Positions 1 through 8,051 of a stretch of 39,283 nucleotides of DNA are shown piece after piece. A program made the translations under genes and the position numbers. The stretch lies in IMG/VR virus record IMGVR_UViG_3300030012_000948, positions 1 through 39,283 of that record. One strand, written 5' to 3'. A model generated the notes under the pieces. It saw only the letters and a list, made by a program, of their open reading frames with translations. It did not search any database and was not told where the DNA came from. The stretch comes from a virus (Duplodnaviria > Caudoviricetes). Numbering within the stretch: position 1 is the first letter of the stretch; each line of letters begins with the position of its first letter.

Positions 1-2
1 AA

Positions 3-530
3 TGGTATATGCCTTGTAAAAAACATAGTATGCAAAAATATAAATGTCCTGAAGGTTATGTAAAAGATTATGTAAAACACAAATGTGTTAAAAAAAAAGA
101 TAAGTATGCAGAAGTAGGTGAAAGAGGTGGTATTAAAAAATCACCTAAAGCACCTAAATCAAGCACACCAAATAAAAATCCTAAAGGAAAGGGAACTGCT
201 AAAGGAGATGCTTCTACAAGTAGAGGTGCTAAAGTAAGTAAAGCTGATGAAGCAACACTACAAAAGAAATCTGATGAATTTAATGAAAGGTATAAAGAAA
301 AGTTAGGTTATGGAGTTACTATTGGACAATTAAAAACTGTTTTTCAAAGAGGATTAGGTGCATTTAATGTATCACATTCACCAAGAGTAACCTCAGCAAA
401 ACAATGGGCATTAGCAAGAGTAAATGCTTATTTATACTTAGTTAAAAATGGTAGGCCACAAAATCCTAAATATGTAGGAGATTTTGATTTATTACCAAGC
501 AAACATCCTAAATCACCAAAAAATAAATAA
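3..530 (+). CDS. C-terminal part of the multidomain prohead protease gene (5'-truncated by the window edge)
   Basis: Translation nearly identical to the last ~170 aa of 30620..32227. The frame is open upstream of the ATG at 9 (tgg tat atg = WYM). Confidence 0.9.
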   Translation, partial: WYMPCKKHSMQKYKCPEGYVKDYVKHKCVKKKDKYAEVGERGGIKKSPKAPKSSTPNKNPKGKGTAKGDASTSRGAKVSKADEATLQKKSDEFNERYKEKLGYGVTIGQLKTVFQRGLGAFNVSHSPRVTSAKQWALARVNAYLYLVKNGRPQNPKYVGDFDLLPSKHPKSPKNK

Positions 531-531
531 T

Positions 532-684
532 ATGAAAAGTAAAAAATTTAAAACACCAAGTAATACATCACCTAAAAATACTAATAGAGGTTGTTTATGT
601 CCTGATGGTAAAAGATATAGTAGAAAGTGTTGTGATGGTTCACTACAAGCTCAAGGTATAGGTTCTATTACTGGTAGTAATTAA
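532..684 (+). CDS. Small basic Cys-rich protein (50 aa, CLCPDG...CCDG), possibly virion-associated
   Basis: ATG at 532 directly after the upstream stop; conserved at 32229..32381 with one amino acid change. Confidence 0.8.
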   Translation: MKSKKFKTPSNTSPKNTNRGCLCPDGKRYSRKCCDGSLQAQGIGSITGSN

Positions 685-712
685 AAAAGCCACTCTTTTG
701 AAGTGGCTCTTT
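683..712. terminator. Bidirectional intrinsic terminator
   Basis: AAAAA-AGCCACT-cttttga-AGTGGCT-CTTT between convergent genes; stem-loop identical at 32380..32411. Confidence 0.8.
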
Positions 713-731
713 AATTTTAGTTATTGGTTTT

Positions 732-944
732 TTATTTTAAATCTCCATTACTGTGCCAAAAAGTTTTATCTAATCTTTCTATTATCCATTTAAACCTTGT
801 ATTTTCATTTTCTTCTTCTTGCATATTTGCAAGCATAGGAGCTTCTTGCATTGCTTTTGTATTTGCTTTTATTTTATCCTCTAACATACTAATAAATAGT
901 AATGCTTCTTTTGATGTCATTGATACTTTTTTAAAATCTGTCAT
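732..944 (-). CDS. Accessory small protein in the minus-strand expression slot (70 aa, unknown function)
   Basis: Has its own promoter, the 20-nt conserved leader and a terminator; replaced by an unrelated ORF in copy B. Confidence 0.8.
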   Translation of the reverse strand: MTDFKKVSMTSKEALLFISMLEDKIKANTKAMQEAPMLANMQEEENENTRFKWIIERLDKTFWHSNGDLK

Positions 945-949
945 AATAT

Positions 950-969
950 TTGTTTTGGTTTTAATTAAT
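950..969 (-). repeat. Conserved 20-nt leader ATTAATTAAAACCAAAACAA, copy 1
   Basis: Exact copies at 22238..22257(+), 22412..22431(+) and 32626..32645(-), each at or just before an ATG. Confidence 0.9.
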
Positions 970-977
970 AATTTATG

Positions 978-1007
978 TAAATATAATTATAAATATTTAA
1001 TAAACAA
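978..1007 (-). promoter_or_regulatory. Host sigma-A-type early promoter overlapped by a TATAATTATA palindrome (982..991)
   Basis: Minus strand reads TTG-N19-TATATTTA, one mismatch from the Flavobacterium consensus TTG-N~19-TAnnTTTG. Confidence 0.65.
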
Positions 1008-1036
1008 GCATTTTATAAAAAAAATTTAAAAAAAAA

Positions 1037-1066
1037 TATAACAGTTAACGTTTTCAAACGTTTATA
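1037..1066 (+). promoter_or_regulatory. Putative phage late promoter (ECF-sigma type) for the head/tail-tube operon
   Basis: TATAAC-N16-CGTTTATA; same boxes and spacing at 19830, 22806 and 32714. Confidence 0.8.
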
Positions 1067-1082
1067 GATATATACTCAAATT

Positions 1083-1688
1083 ATGAAAGCAAACGAAATA
1101 CTAAACAAAATAAAAAATATTGTTGGTGAAAAAGTTGAACTTTCTGAAGAAAAAATAGAAATGGCTGAAATTACATTAGAGAATGGAACTGTATTGGTTG
1201 CAGAAAAGTTTGAAGCTGGAGAATCTATATTTATTAAAACTGAAGATGAGCAAATTGCTTTACCTGTTGGTGAATATGAATTAGAGGACAAAACAATTTT
1301 AGTTGTTACTGAAGAAGGTTTAATCGACAGTATTAAAGAAGCTGCTAAAGAAGCAGAGGAAGAAGAATTATCTGAAGAATCTAATGAAGAAGTAGAAACT
1401 GAATTAGAGGAAGAAGAAAAAGAAGAAATGGAATATGTTACCAAAGAAGAGTTTACTAAAGCAGTAGATGAAATTAAAGCAATGATTGAAAAAATGGGTA
1501 ACAAAGATAAAGAAGAAATGAAGGAAGAAGTAATAGAAGAGAAAGAAGAACTTTCTGCTGTTGCTCCTGAACCTGTAAAACATAATCCTGAAGCTGAAGT
1601 TGATAATAAAGTAAATTTTCATATTGGAAGCAATAGAATACAAACAACGAAAGACAGGGTTTTTGATAAAATTTTTAACAATAATTAA
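1083..1688 (+). CDS. Probable capsid scaffolding protein
   Basis: Very Glu-rich 201 aa protein directly upstream of the major capsid gene. Confidence 0.7.
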   Translation: MKANEILNKIKNIVGEKVELSEEKIEMAEITLENGTVLVAEKFEAGESIFIKTEDEQIALPVGEYELEDKTILVVTEEGLIDSIKEAAKEAEEEELSEESNEEVETELEEEEKEEMEYVTKEEFTKAVDEIKAMIEKMGNKDKEEMKEEVIEEKEELSAVAPEPVKHNPEAEVDNKVNFHIGSNRIQTTKDRVFDKIFNNN

Positions 1689-1699
1689 TATAAAATAAA

Positions 1700-2635
1700 A
1701 TGGCAACAACAACAAGTATAACAAGTACTTACGCTGGAGAATTTGCGGGTAAATATATTTCTGCTGCTCTTTTAAGTGCTAACACAATTGATAAAGGCGG
1801 TATAGAAGTAATGCCTAATATCAAGTATAAATCTACTATGAAAAAAGTAGCTACTGATGCTAATGTAATTAAAAATGCTTCATGTGATTTTGATGCAACT
1901 GCTACAGTAACATTAACTGAGAGATTATTACAACCGGAGGAGTTTCAAGTAAACATGCAATTCTGTAAGCAAGATTTCGTATCGGATTGGGAAGCGGCTG
2001 AAATGGGATTTTCTGCATTTGATAAAATGCCACCTAAATTTTCAGATTTCATTATTGGCCACGTAGCTGGTTTAGTAGCTGAAAAAACTGAACAAAACAT
2101 TTGGGAAGGTGTAAATGCTAATGCTGGTGAGTTTGATGGCTTAGTTACTTTAGCTTTAGCTGATTCTGATGTTATTGATGTAGCATCTCATGCTGCTGTA
2201 ACTGCTGCAAATGTAATTGATAAATTAGGTTCTATTGTTGATGCAGTACCTTCTGCACTTTACAATAAAGAAGATTTACACATTTACGTTTCACAAAACA
2301 TTGCAAGAGCTTATGTAAGAGCTTTAGGTGGATTTGCTTCAGGTATTGGTTCAAATGGTGTTAATGCACAAGGAACACAATGGTACAACGCTGGTGGACA
2401 ACTATCTTTTGATGGTGTAAAAATCTTCGTTGCTAATGGTTTAGCTGATGATACTGCAATGGCTGCTCAAAAATCTAACTTATACTTTGGTACTGGTTTA
2501 TTAAACGATATGAACGAAGTTAAAGTATTAGATATGGCTGACCTTGATGGTTCGCAGAATGTTAGAGTAATAATGCGATACACAAGCGCAGTTAACTACG
2601 GAATAGGTTCTGATATAGTTTTATACCACGCCTAA
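1700..2635 (+). CDS. Major capsid protein
   Basis: 311 aa, follows the scaffold, strongly biased codons, 'IWEG...FDGL' segment typical of HK97-fold capsids of Bacteroidota phages. Confidence 0.8.
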   Translation: MATTTSITSTYAGEFAGKYISAALLSANTIDKGGIEVMPNIKYKSTMKKVATDANVIKNASCDFDATATVTLTERLLQPEEFQVNMQFCKQDFVSDWEAAEMGFSAFDKMPPKFSDFIIGHVAGLVAEKTEQNIWEGVNANAGEFDGLVTLALADSDVIDVASHAAVTAANVIDKLGSIVDAVPSALYNKEDLHIYVSQNIARAYVRALGGFASGIGSNGVNAQGTQWYNAGGQLSFDGVKIFVANGLADDTAMAAQKSNLYFGTGLLNDMNEVKVLDMADLDGSQNVRVIMRYTSAVNYGIGSDIVLYHA

Positions 2636-2690
2636 GAATTAATTAATAACAAGGTGGCTGAAATGCTCCCTTAATTTAAAACAATAACAA

Positions 2691-3239
2691 ATGGCATGTG
2701 ATTTAACGGCTGGCAGAAAAGTACCATGTAAAGATGTAATTGGTGGTATTGTTAGAGCTTGGTTCATTGATTTTGGTGAATTAGGTACTGTAACAAAAAC
2801 TAATGATGAAATTACAGATATGACAGGTACAATAACTGCCTTACAATACGATTTAAAAGGTACTAATAGTTTAGAAACTGCTATTACCTCAAGTAGAGAG
2901 AATGGTACAACATTCTTTGAAGAAACATTAACTTTAACACTACCTAAATTATCTAAAGAAGATAATAAGGAACTTAAGCTGATTGCTTTTGGCCGTCCCC
3001 ACGTTTGTGTAGAAGATAGAAACGGAAACTTCTTTTTATGTGGATTAGAACACGGAATGGAAGTTACGGGCGGTAGTATAGCTACGGGAACAGCGTTTGG
3101 TGATTTAAGTGGATATACTTTAACATTAACAGGACAAGAATTAGAACCAGCTAATTTTATTGCTGGTGGTACTTCTGCTGACCCTCTGGCTGGTATGAGT
3201 TCAGCGACTGTGACAGTTACAGTGGGTACGAATAGTTAA
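2691..3239 (+). CDS. Probable major tail tube protein
   Basis: 182 aa Thr/Gly-rich predicted beta protein, co-transcribed with the capsid gene and followed by a strong terminator; 180/182 aa identical to copy B. Confidence 0.6.
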   Translation: MACDLTAGRKVPCKDVIGGIVRAWFIDFGELGTVTKTNDEITDMTGTITALQYDLKGTNSLETAITSSRENGTTFFEETLTLTLPKLSKEDNKELKLIAFGRPHVCVEDRNGNFFLCGLEHGMEVTGGSIATGTAFGDLSGYTLTLTGQELEPANFIAGGTSADPLAGMSSATVTVTVGTNS

Positions 3240-3244
3240 AAAAG

Positions 3245-3320
3245 ACGCGATTAATATAATTGTGTGATTCATAATATATAGTTTGATTGAGGGGTGGAAG
3301 TGATTAGCCACCCCTTTTTT
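3245..3320 (+). ncRNA. Putative 3'UTR-derived antisense sRNA 1 (hairpin - seed - terminator)
   Basis: Hairpin 3245..3265. Seed 3268..3284 is the exact reverse complement of 14001..14017 (exonuclease start region). Terminator 3289..3320. Conserved at 34946..35022. Confidence 0.65.
3289..3320 (+). terminator. Intrinsic terminator of the capsid/tail-tube operon
   Basis: GAGGGGTGG-loop-CCACCCCTT followed by a T run. Confidence 0.88.
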
Positions 3321-3330
3321 ATTTAAAAAT

Positions 3331-3684
3331 ATGCAAATATTAACTACAAGTGGCACACGAATTATTAACTTTATACCAAGAGAAACAATTACTGGTAGTA
3401 AGACCTATAAATTAGTGATAAAATCAGAAGCTCAAAATAAAGTTATATCAACAGATAATGATGCAACATTTTCTGAATTAGATTACTATTACCAATATTC
3501 AACTACACAAGCATTAATTGAGAATCAATACTATACTATTACAATCACTAACACAACAGATAACGCAATAATTTTTAAAGATAAAATGTATTGTTCAGAC
3601 CAAACACTTTCAGACTATGAAATTTCAAATGGTGTTTATATAGAACAAAGTACAGGAGATAACGAATTTATATATTATGGATAA
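3331..3684 (+). CDS. Hypothetical structural protein (117 aa)
   Basis: Overlaps the portal start; conserved in copy B. Confidence 0.6.
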   Translation: MQILTTSGTRIINFIPRETITGSKTYKLVIKSEAQNKVISTDNDATFSELDYYYQYSTTQALIENQYYTITITNTTDNAIIFKDKMYCSDQTLSDYEISNGVYIEQSTGDNEFIYYG

Positions 3685-5473
3685 TCTACACTTAATACAA
3701 TTAGGCCAATACGAAAGGCCAACAATCACAGAGGAACGTAATAAAGATTGGGTATCAATAGGCGATAACAATGATTATTATCAAAGTTTGATAGACGCCT
3801 ATATGGATAGCACAACAAACCAAGCAGTAATAAATGGTGTTGTTAATCAAATTTACGGAAAAGGATTAGATGCTACTGATTCAGCTGAAAAGCCAGACCA
3901 GTATGCACAAATGAAGAGTTTAGTAAAACCTCACGATTTAAGAAATGTTTGCCAAGATTTAAAGTTATTAGGAGAAGCTGCTTTTCAAATAACTTACAAT
4001 GGTAATAAAATATCAGCAATAACACATTTTCCAAGAGAAACTTTAAGAGCTGAAAAGATGAATGATAAAGGTGAAATAAAAAGCTATTTTTATTCTGCTG
4101 ATTGGAGTAAGGTTAATAGAAATACAAAACTAAAAAAGTTTCCTGTTTTTGGTAGTGGCGCACAAAATGAAATATTTATTATAAAAAGATACGTTACAGG
4201 TTTCTACTACTATTCACCAGCGGACTATAATATTTCGTATTCCATACTTGAAAACGAAGTTGCTTGTTATTTAATTAATGATACTCAGAATGGTTTTAGT
4301 GGTACAAAGGTTGTAAACTTTAACAATGGTGTGCCAGATAGAGAAAAGCAATTAGCTATTAAGAATGATGTAATGCAAAAACTTACTGGCAGCTATGGTG
4401 AAAAAGTAATTGTTGCATTTAACAATAATGCAGAAAGCAAAACAACTGTTGAGGATATACCACTAAATGATGCTCCAGCACATTATTCTTATTTAAGTGA
4501 AGAATGTAGTAGAAAGATTATGCTAACACATAGAGTTACTTCTCCATTACTTATTGGCTTAAGAGATGGTAATAATGGTTTAGGTAATAATGCAGATGAA
4601 ATACAAAATGCAAGCAGATTATTTAATAACGTAGTTATACAACCATACCAAAACCTTTTAATTGATAGCTTAGATACAATATTAGCAGTAAATGATATTA
4701 GTTTAAATCTATACTTTAAAACTATTGAGCCATTAGAATTTATGGAGTTAGATGATATTGATAATGCAGAAGTAGAAGAAGAACAAACAGGAATAAAAGA
4801 TGAAGAAACTGAATTAGAATTAATGGCTGCTAATGCTAAAAGAACTGCTTTAGATGAATTAATTGATTTAGGTATTGATGAAGAAGAACTATTAAAAGAT
4901 TATGAGATGGTTCACAGTGCTGAGGTTGATTATGATTTAGAAGAAGAACTTGATTTTGTAGTAACTGAAATAAATAAAACTTCTAAGAAAGAGTTTGCAA
5001 GTACAGGTAGTGCTAAACCATATAGAGATAGTAAACAAGATGGAATTTCTAAAAAGAAAACAGAAGAAGGTACTGAGTTTTTAGTTAGATATATGTATGA
5101 AGCAGCACCTAATCCAGCAAGTAGCTCAAGAACATTTTGTGATAAAATGATGGCTGCTAAAAAAGTATATAGAAAAGAAGATATTATTGAGATGGGTAAA
5201 AAACCTGTAAATGCTGGTTTTGGTAAAGGTGGTTCTGACACTTATTCAATCTGGCTCTACAAAGGCGGTGCAAGATGCAACCATAGATGGACAAGAAAAT
5301 TGTACGCAAGAAAAGGTGGTAGAAGTTTAGGCGAAGCAATATCAACTACACAAGCTATTAAAAGAGGTTTTAAACCCGAAACAAATGCAAAGAAAGTATC
5401 TATTGCACCAAAAAATATGAAGTATGCTGGCTATACTGCAGCTTATTGGAATGAAAAAGGATTTAAAAAATGA
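3677..5473 (+). CDS. Portal protein with acidic linker and C-terminal MuF-like (head morphogenesis) domain
   Basis: N-terminal ~355 aa portal-like (GKG motif, 'IMLTHRVTSPLLIG'). C-terminal SRTFC...KGGARCNHRW Cys/His motif resembles MuF domains. Confidence 0.75.
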   Translation: MDNLHLIQLGQYERPTITEERNKDWVSIGDNNDYYQSLIDAYMDSTTNQAVINGVVNQIYGKGLDATDSAEKPDQYAQMKSLVKPHDLRNVCQDLKLLGEAAFQITYNGNKISAITHFPRETLRAEKMNDKGEIKSYFYSADWSKVNRNTKLKKFPVFGSGAQNEIFIIKRYVTGFYYYSPADYNISYSILENEVACYLINDTQNGFSGTKVVNFNNGVPDREKQLAIKNDVMQKLTGSYGEKVIVAFNNNAESKTTVEDIPLNDAPAHYSYLSEECSRKIMLTHRVTSPLLIGLRDGNNGLGNNADEIQNASRLFNNVVIQPYQNLLIDSLDTILAVNDISLNLYFKTIEPLEFMELDDIDNAEVEEEQTGIKDEETELELMAANAKRTALDELIDLGIDEEELLKDYEMVHSAEVDYDLEEELDFVVTEINKTSKKEFASTGSAKPYRDSKQDGISKKKTEEGTEFLVRYMYEAAPNPASSSRTFCDKMMAAKKVYRKEDIIEMGKKPVNAGFGKGGSDTYSIWLYKGGARCNHRWTRKLYARKGGRSLGEAISTTQAIKRGFKPETNAKKVSIAPKNMKYAGYTAAYWNEKGFKK

Positions 5474-5973
5474 GTAAAGCACTATTTGTAACAAGACACG
5501 ATATTTCAGTATTTACTGCTGCTAATGGTAATATAGATAATGACAAACTGTTACCATTTATAAATCAAGCACAGGACATACATATACAAAATTACTTAGG
5601 TACTGAGCTTTATGTTAAAATACAAAATGATATAGTTGCTGGTACTTTAGCTAATCCTTATTTAGCATTGGTAAACGATTATATTAAAAATATGTTACTA
5701 CATTGGAGTATGGTGGAATACTTACCTTATGCTGGTGTTAATATTTCAAATGGTGGTATCTATACTAAGAATCCTGAAAATAGCACAGCATTAACAAAGG
5801 AACACGTAGATAGTTTAATTGAAAGAAGCAGAACAACAGCACAGTTTTACACTAACAGATTTATAGATTTTATGCAAAATAACGCAGCTGGATTAATACC
5901 TGAGTATTATAGTAATTCTCAAGAGGATATGTATCCAGATGATGTTGCAGATTTTGGTGGATGGGTACTTTAA
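5470..5973 (+). CDS. Probable head-tail adaptor/connector
   Basis: 167 aa predicted helical protein, coupled to the portal by an ATGA overlap; positional inference. Confidence 0.5.
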   Translation: MSKALFVTRHDISVFTAANGNIDNDKLLPFINQAQDIHIQNYLGTELYVKIQNDIVAGTLANPYLALVNDYIKNMLLHWSMVEYLPYAGVNISNGGIYTKNPENSTALTKEHVDSLIERSRTTAQFYTNRFIDFMQNNAAGLIPEYYSNSQEDMYPDDVADFGGWVL

Positions 5974-5982
5974 AAATATATT

Positions 5983-8040
5983 ATGCCAGATAATAACATA
6001 GAATGGGGACAAGGTGGTGTTAATAACACTAACGATTGGGGAAAAGCAAAAGCTAATTCTACCAATAATTTTGGTGCTGTTTATGATAGTTCACCAAGTG
6101 GTGATACTAATATTGCTGGTGGTGACCCTGTTGTATCAATAACTTATTCTGCAAGTGCTTTTTGTGCTGATGCTTCTGACCCTACACCAACAGTACAAAA
6201 CAACGCTGGTGCTGGCACATTTAGTTCTACATCTGGATTAGTATTTATTAGTACATCTACAGGACAAGTTGATATTTCTGCTTCAACTGCTGGTAGTTAT
6301 TTAATTACTTATACAGATACAGATTCAGCAACTGCTACATTTAACTTAACTATTAATGCTTTACCAACTGCTAATATTACAGGTACATTAAGTTTCTGCG
6401 CTGGTGATAGTACAATACTAACTGCTACAAGTGCAAGTTCTTACTTATGGTCTACAGGTGCAACAACGCAAGAACTAACCGTAACATCAGGTGGTTCATA
6501 TAGTGTTACTGTAACAGATTCTAATGGATGTAGTGCAACATCTTCAACTGTTACCGTTACAGAACATCCATTACCAACTGTTGAAATTACAGGTACATTA
6601 ACTTATTGTGTTGGTTCTAATACTACACTTACTGCAACTGCTGGTTTATCTTCTTACTTATGGTCAACAGGTGAAACAACACAATCTATAAATGTAACTG
6701 CTGGTAGTTATACAGTAACTGGTACAGATAGCAATGGTTGTAGTGCTACTTCTTCTGCTTCTACAGTAACAGAATTACCTTTAGATACTGCTACAGTAAC
6801 TTATAGTGCAAGTGCTTATTGTCAAATGCCTACTGGAGCAACTGCTGTAGATGGTTATTATCCACTATATTCTACAGAATCAGCAGCACAAGCAGAAAGC
6901 TCAGATGGAACAGCACACTCTCATGTATTAGGAGGTGTTACTTACTATATGCCTAATGATGGTGTAATTATATATCATGGTAGTTATTCACTTACAACAC
7001 CAGCACCAAGTATTACAGGTGAATCAGGTACATTTAGTGAATCTACTGGAAACTTATCTATAGATAGTTCAACAGGTGTTATCAATGTTAACACATCAAC
7101 TGCTGGAACATATACTGTTGTATATACTACAAGTGGAAGTTGTCCAAATACAGTAAATAATACTATTACAATAAATGCTTTAGATGGTGCTACATTTGGT
7201 TATTCTGCAAGTAGCTTACCACAAACAGGTACAGCAAGCTTAACAACTACACCAACTACTTCAGGTGGTACATATAGCGCATATCCGAGTGGTTTAAGTA
7301 TTAATTCTTCTACAGGTGAAATAGATTTAGCTGCTTCTACTATACAATCATATAAAATATTCTATGAAACAAGCGGTGCTGGGTGTCCTAATTCATCAAC
7401 ATTTGATTTAGCTGTAACTGCTGCTGGCATTTCAAATGTGTACAGTATGAGCTTTGATGGTTCAAATGATTATATAGATGCTGGTAGTGCATCTTATTTA
7501 AATAGTTTAAGTCAGTTTAGTATTTCAGTATGGTTTAATCTTACTACTGCTGCAAGTAATAAATGTATTGTTTCAGATTGGAATTATAACACAAGTCCTT
7601 TAGGTCATTTTGCATTACAAACGCAAGATGCTTCTGGCAGTAATTATGCTTTATTATTATTTATAAAAGCTACAAGTGATGCAGGTGTTAACAATGTTAA
7701 AACATCTGCTATATTAACTGAAAACACTTGGCATCATGCTGTATTCACTTATAACTCAGGTACAGTTACTTGTTATATTGATGGTTCTTCTGTTTCATTA
7801 ACAACAAACGGAACAATACCTACTAATTTGACTAATCAAGATGGTAATTTATTAATAGGTGATTTTGCTGGTTTAAATAGATTTTGGGGTGGTCAAATAG
7901 ACGAAGTAGGAATCTGGAATACAGCTCTAACATCTACACAAATAAGTGAGATATATAATGCAACAGGAACAAACACAACAAGTGACTTGTCAACTATTGA
8001 ATCAAGTAATTTGAAACTATGGTTAAGAATGGGCGACTAA
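5983..8040 (+). CDS. Adhesin-like fibre/decoration protein with Ig/PKD/SprB-like repeats and a C-terminal LamG (ConA-like) domain
   Basis: Repeats 'YLWSTG..T..I/L.V...Y.VT.TDSNGC' and 'GL.I.SSTG.ID'; LamG motifs 'FDGSNDYI...WHHAVFTY...YIDG...GQIDEVGIWN'. Confidence 0.8.
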   Translation: MPDNNIEWGQGGVNNTNDWGKAKANSTNNFGAVYDSSPSGDTNIAGGDPVVSITYSASAFCADASDPTPTVQNNAGAGTFSSTSGLVFISTSTGQVDISASTAGSYLITYTDTDSATATFNLTINALPTANITGTLSFCAGDSTILTATSASSYLWSTGATTQELTVTSGGSYSVTVTDSNGCSATSSTVTVTEHPLPTVEITGTLTYCVGSNTTLTATAGLSSYLWSTGETTQSINVTAGSYTVTGTDSNGCSATSSASTVTELPLDTATVTYSASAYCQMPTGATAVDGYYPLYSTESAAQAESSDGTAHSHVLGGVTYYMPNDGVIIYHGSYSLTTPAPSITGESGTFSESTGNLSIDSSTGVINVNTSTAGTYTVVYTTSGSCPNTVNNTITINALDGATFGYSASSLPQTGTASLTTTPTTSGGTYSAYPSGLSINSSTGEIDLAASTIQSYKIFYETSGAGCPNSSTFDLAVTAAGISNVYSMSFDGSNDYIDAGSASYLNSLSQFSISVWFNLTTAASNKCIVSDWNYNTSPLGHFALQTQDASGSNYALLLFIKATSDAGVNNVKTSAILTENTWHHAVFTYNSGTVTCYIDGSSVSLTTNGTIPTNLTNQDGNLLIGDFAGLNRFWGGQIDEVGIWNTALTSTQISEIYNATGTNTTSDLSTIESSNLKLWLRMGD

Positions 8041-8051
8041 AGAATTAAGAT

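Larger units (their letters stand above)
1..7460 (+). repeat. Long diverged direct repeat, copy A
   Basis: Same genes in the same order as 31704..~39160, with many synonymous changes and several replaced segments. Confidence 0.95.

Noticed and set aside
2651-2672. Hairpin between capsid and tube genes (stronger at 34352..34372)
   Set aside because: Sequence not conserved between copies, imperfect in A and lacking a good U tract; at most a weak attenuator or stabiliser.
3234-3284. Alternative reading of the RNA 1 seed as the leader of a minus-strand micro-ORF (MNHTII...)
   Set aside because: Copy B has a 1-nt indel that changes the frame and stops after 12 codons, while the RNA hairpin is preserved; no minus-strand promoter is evident.
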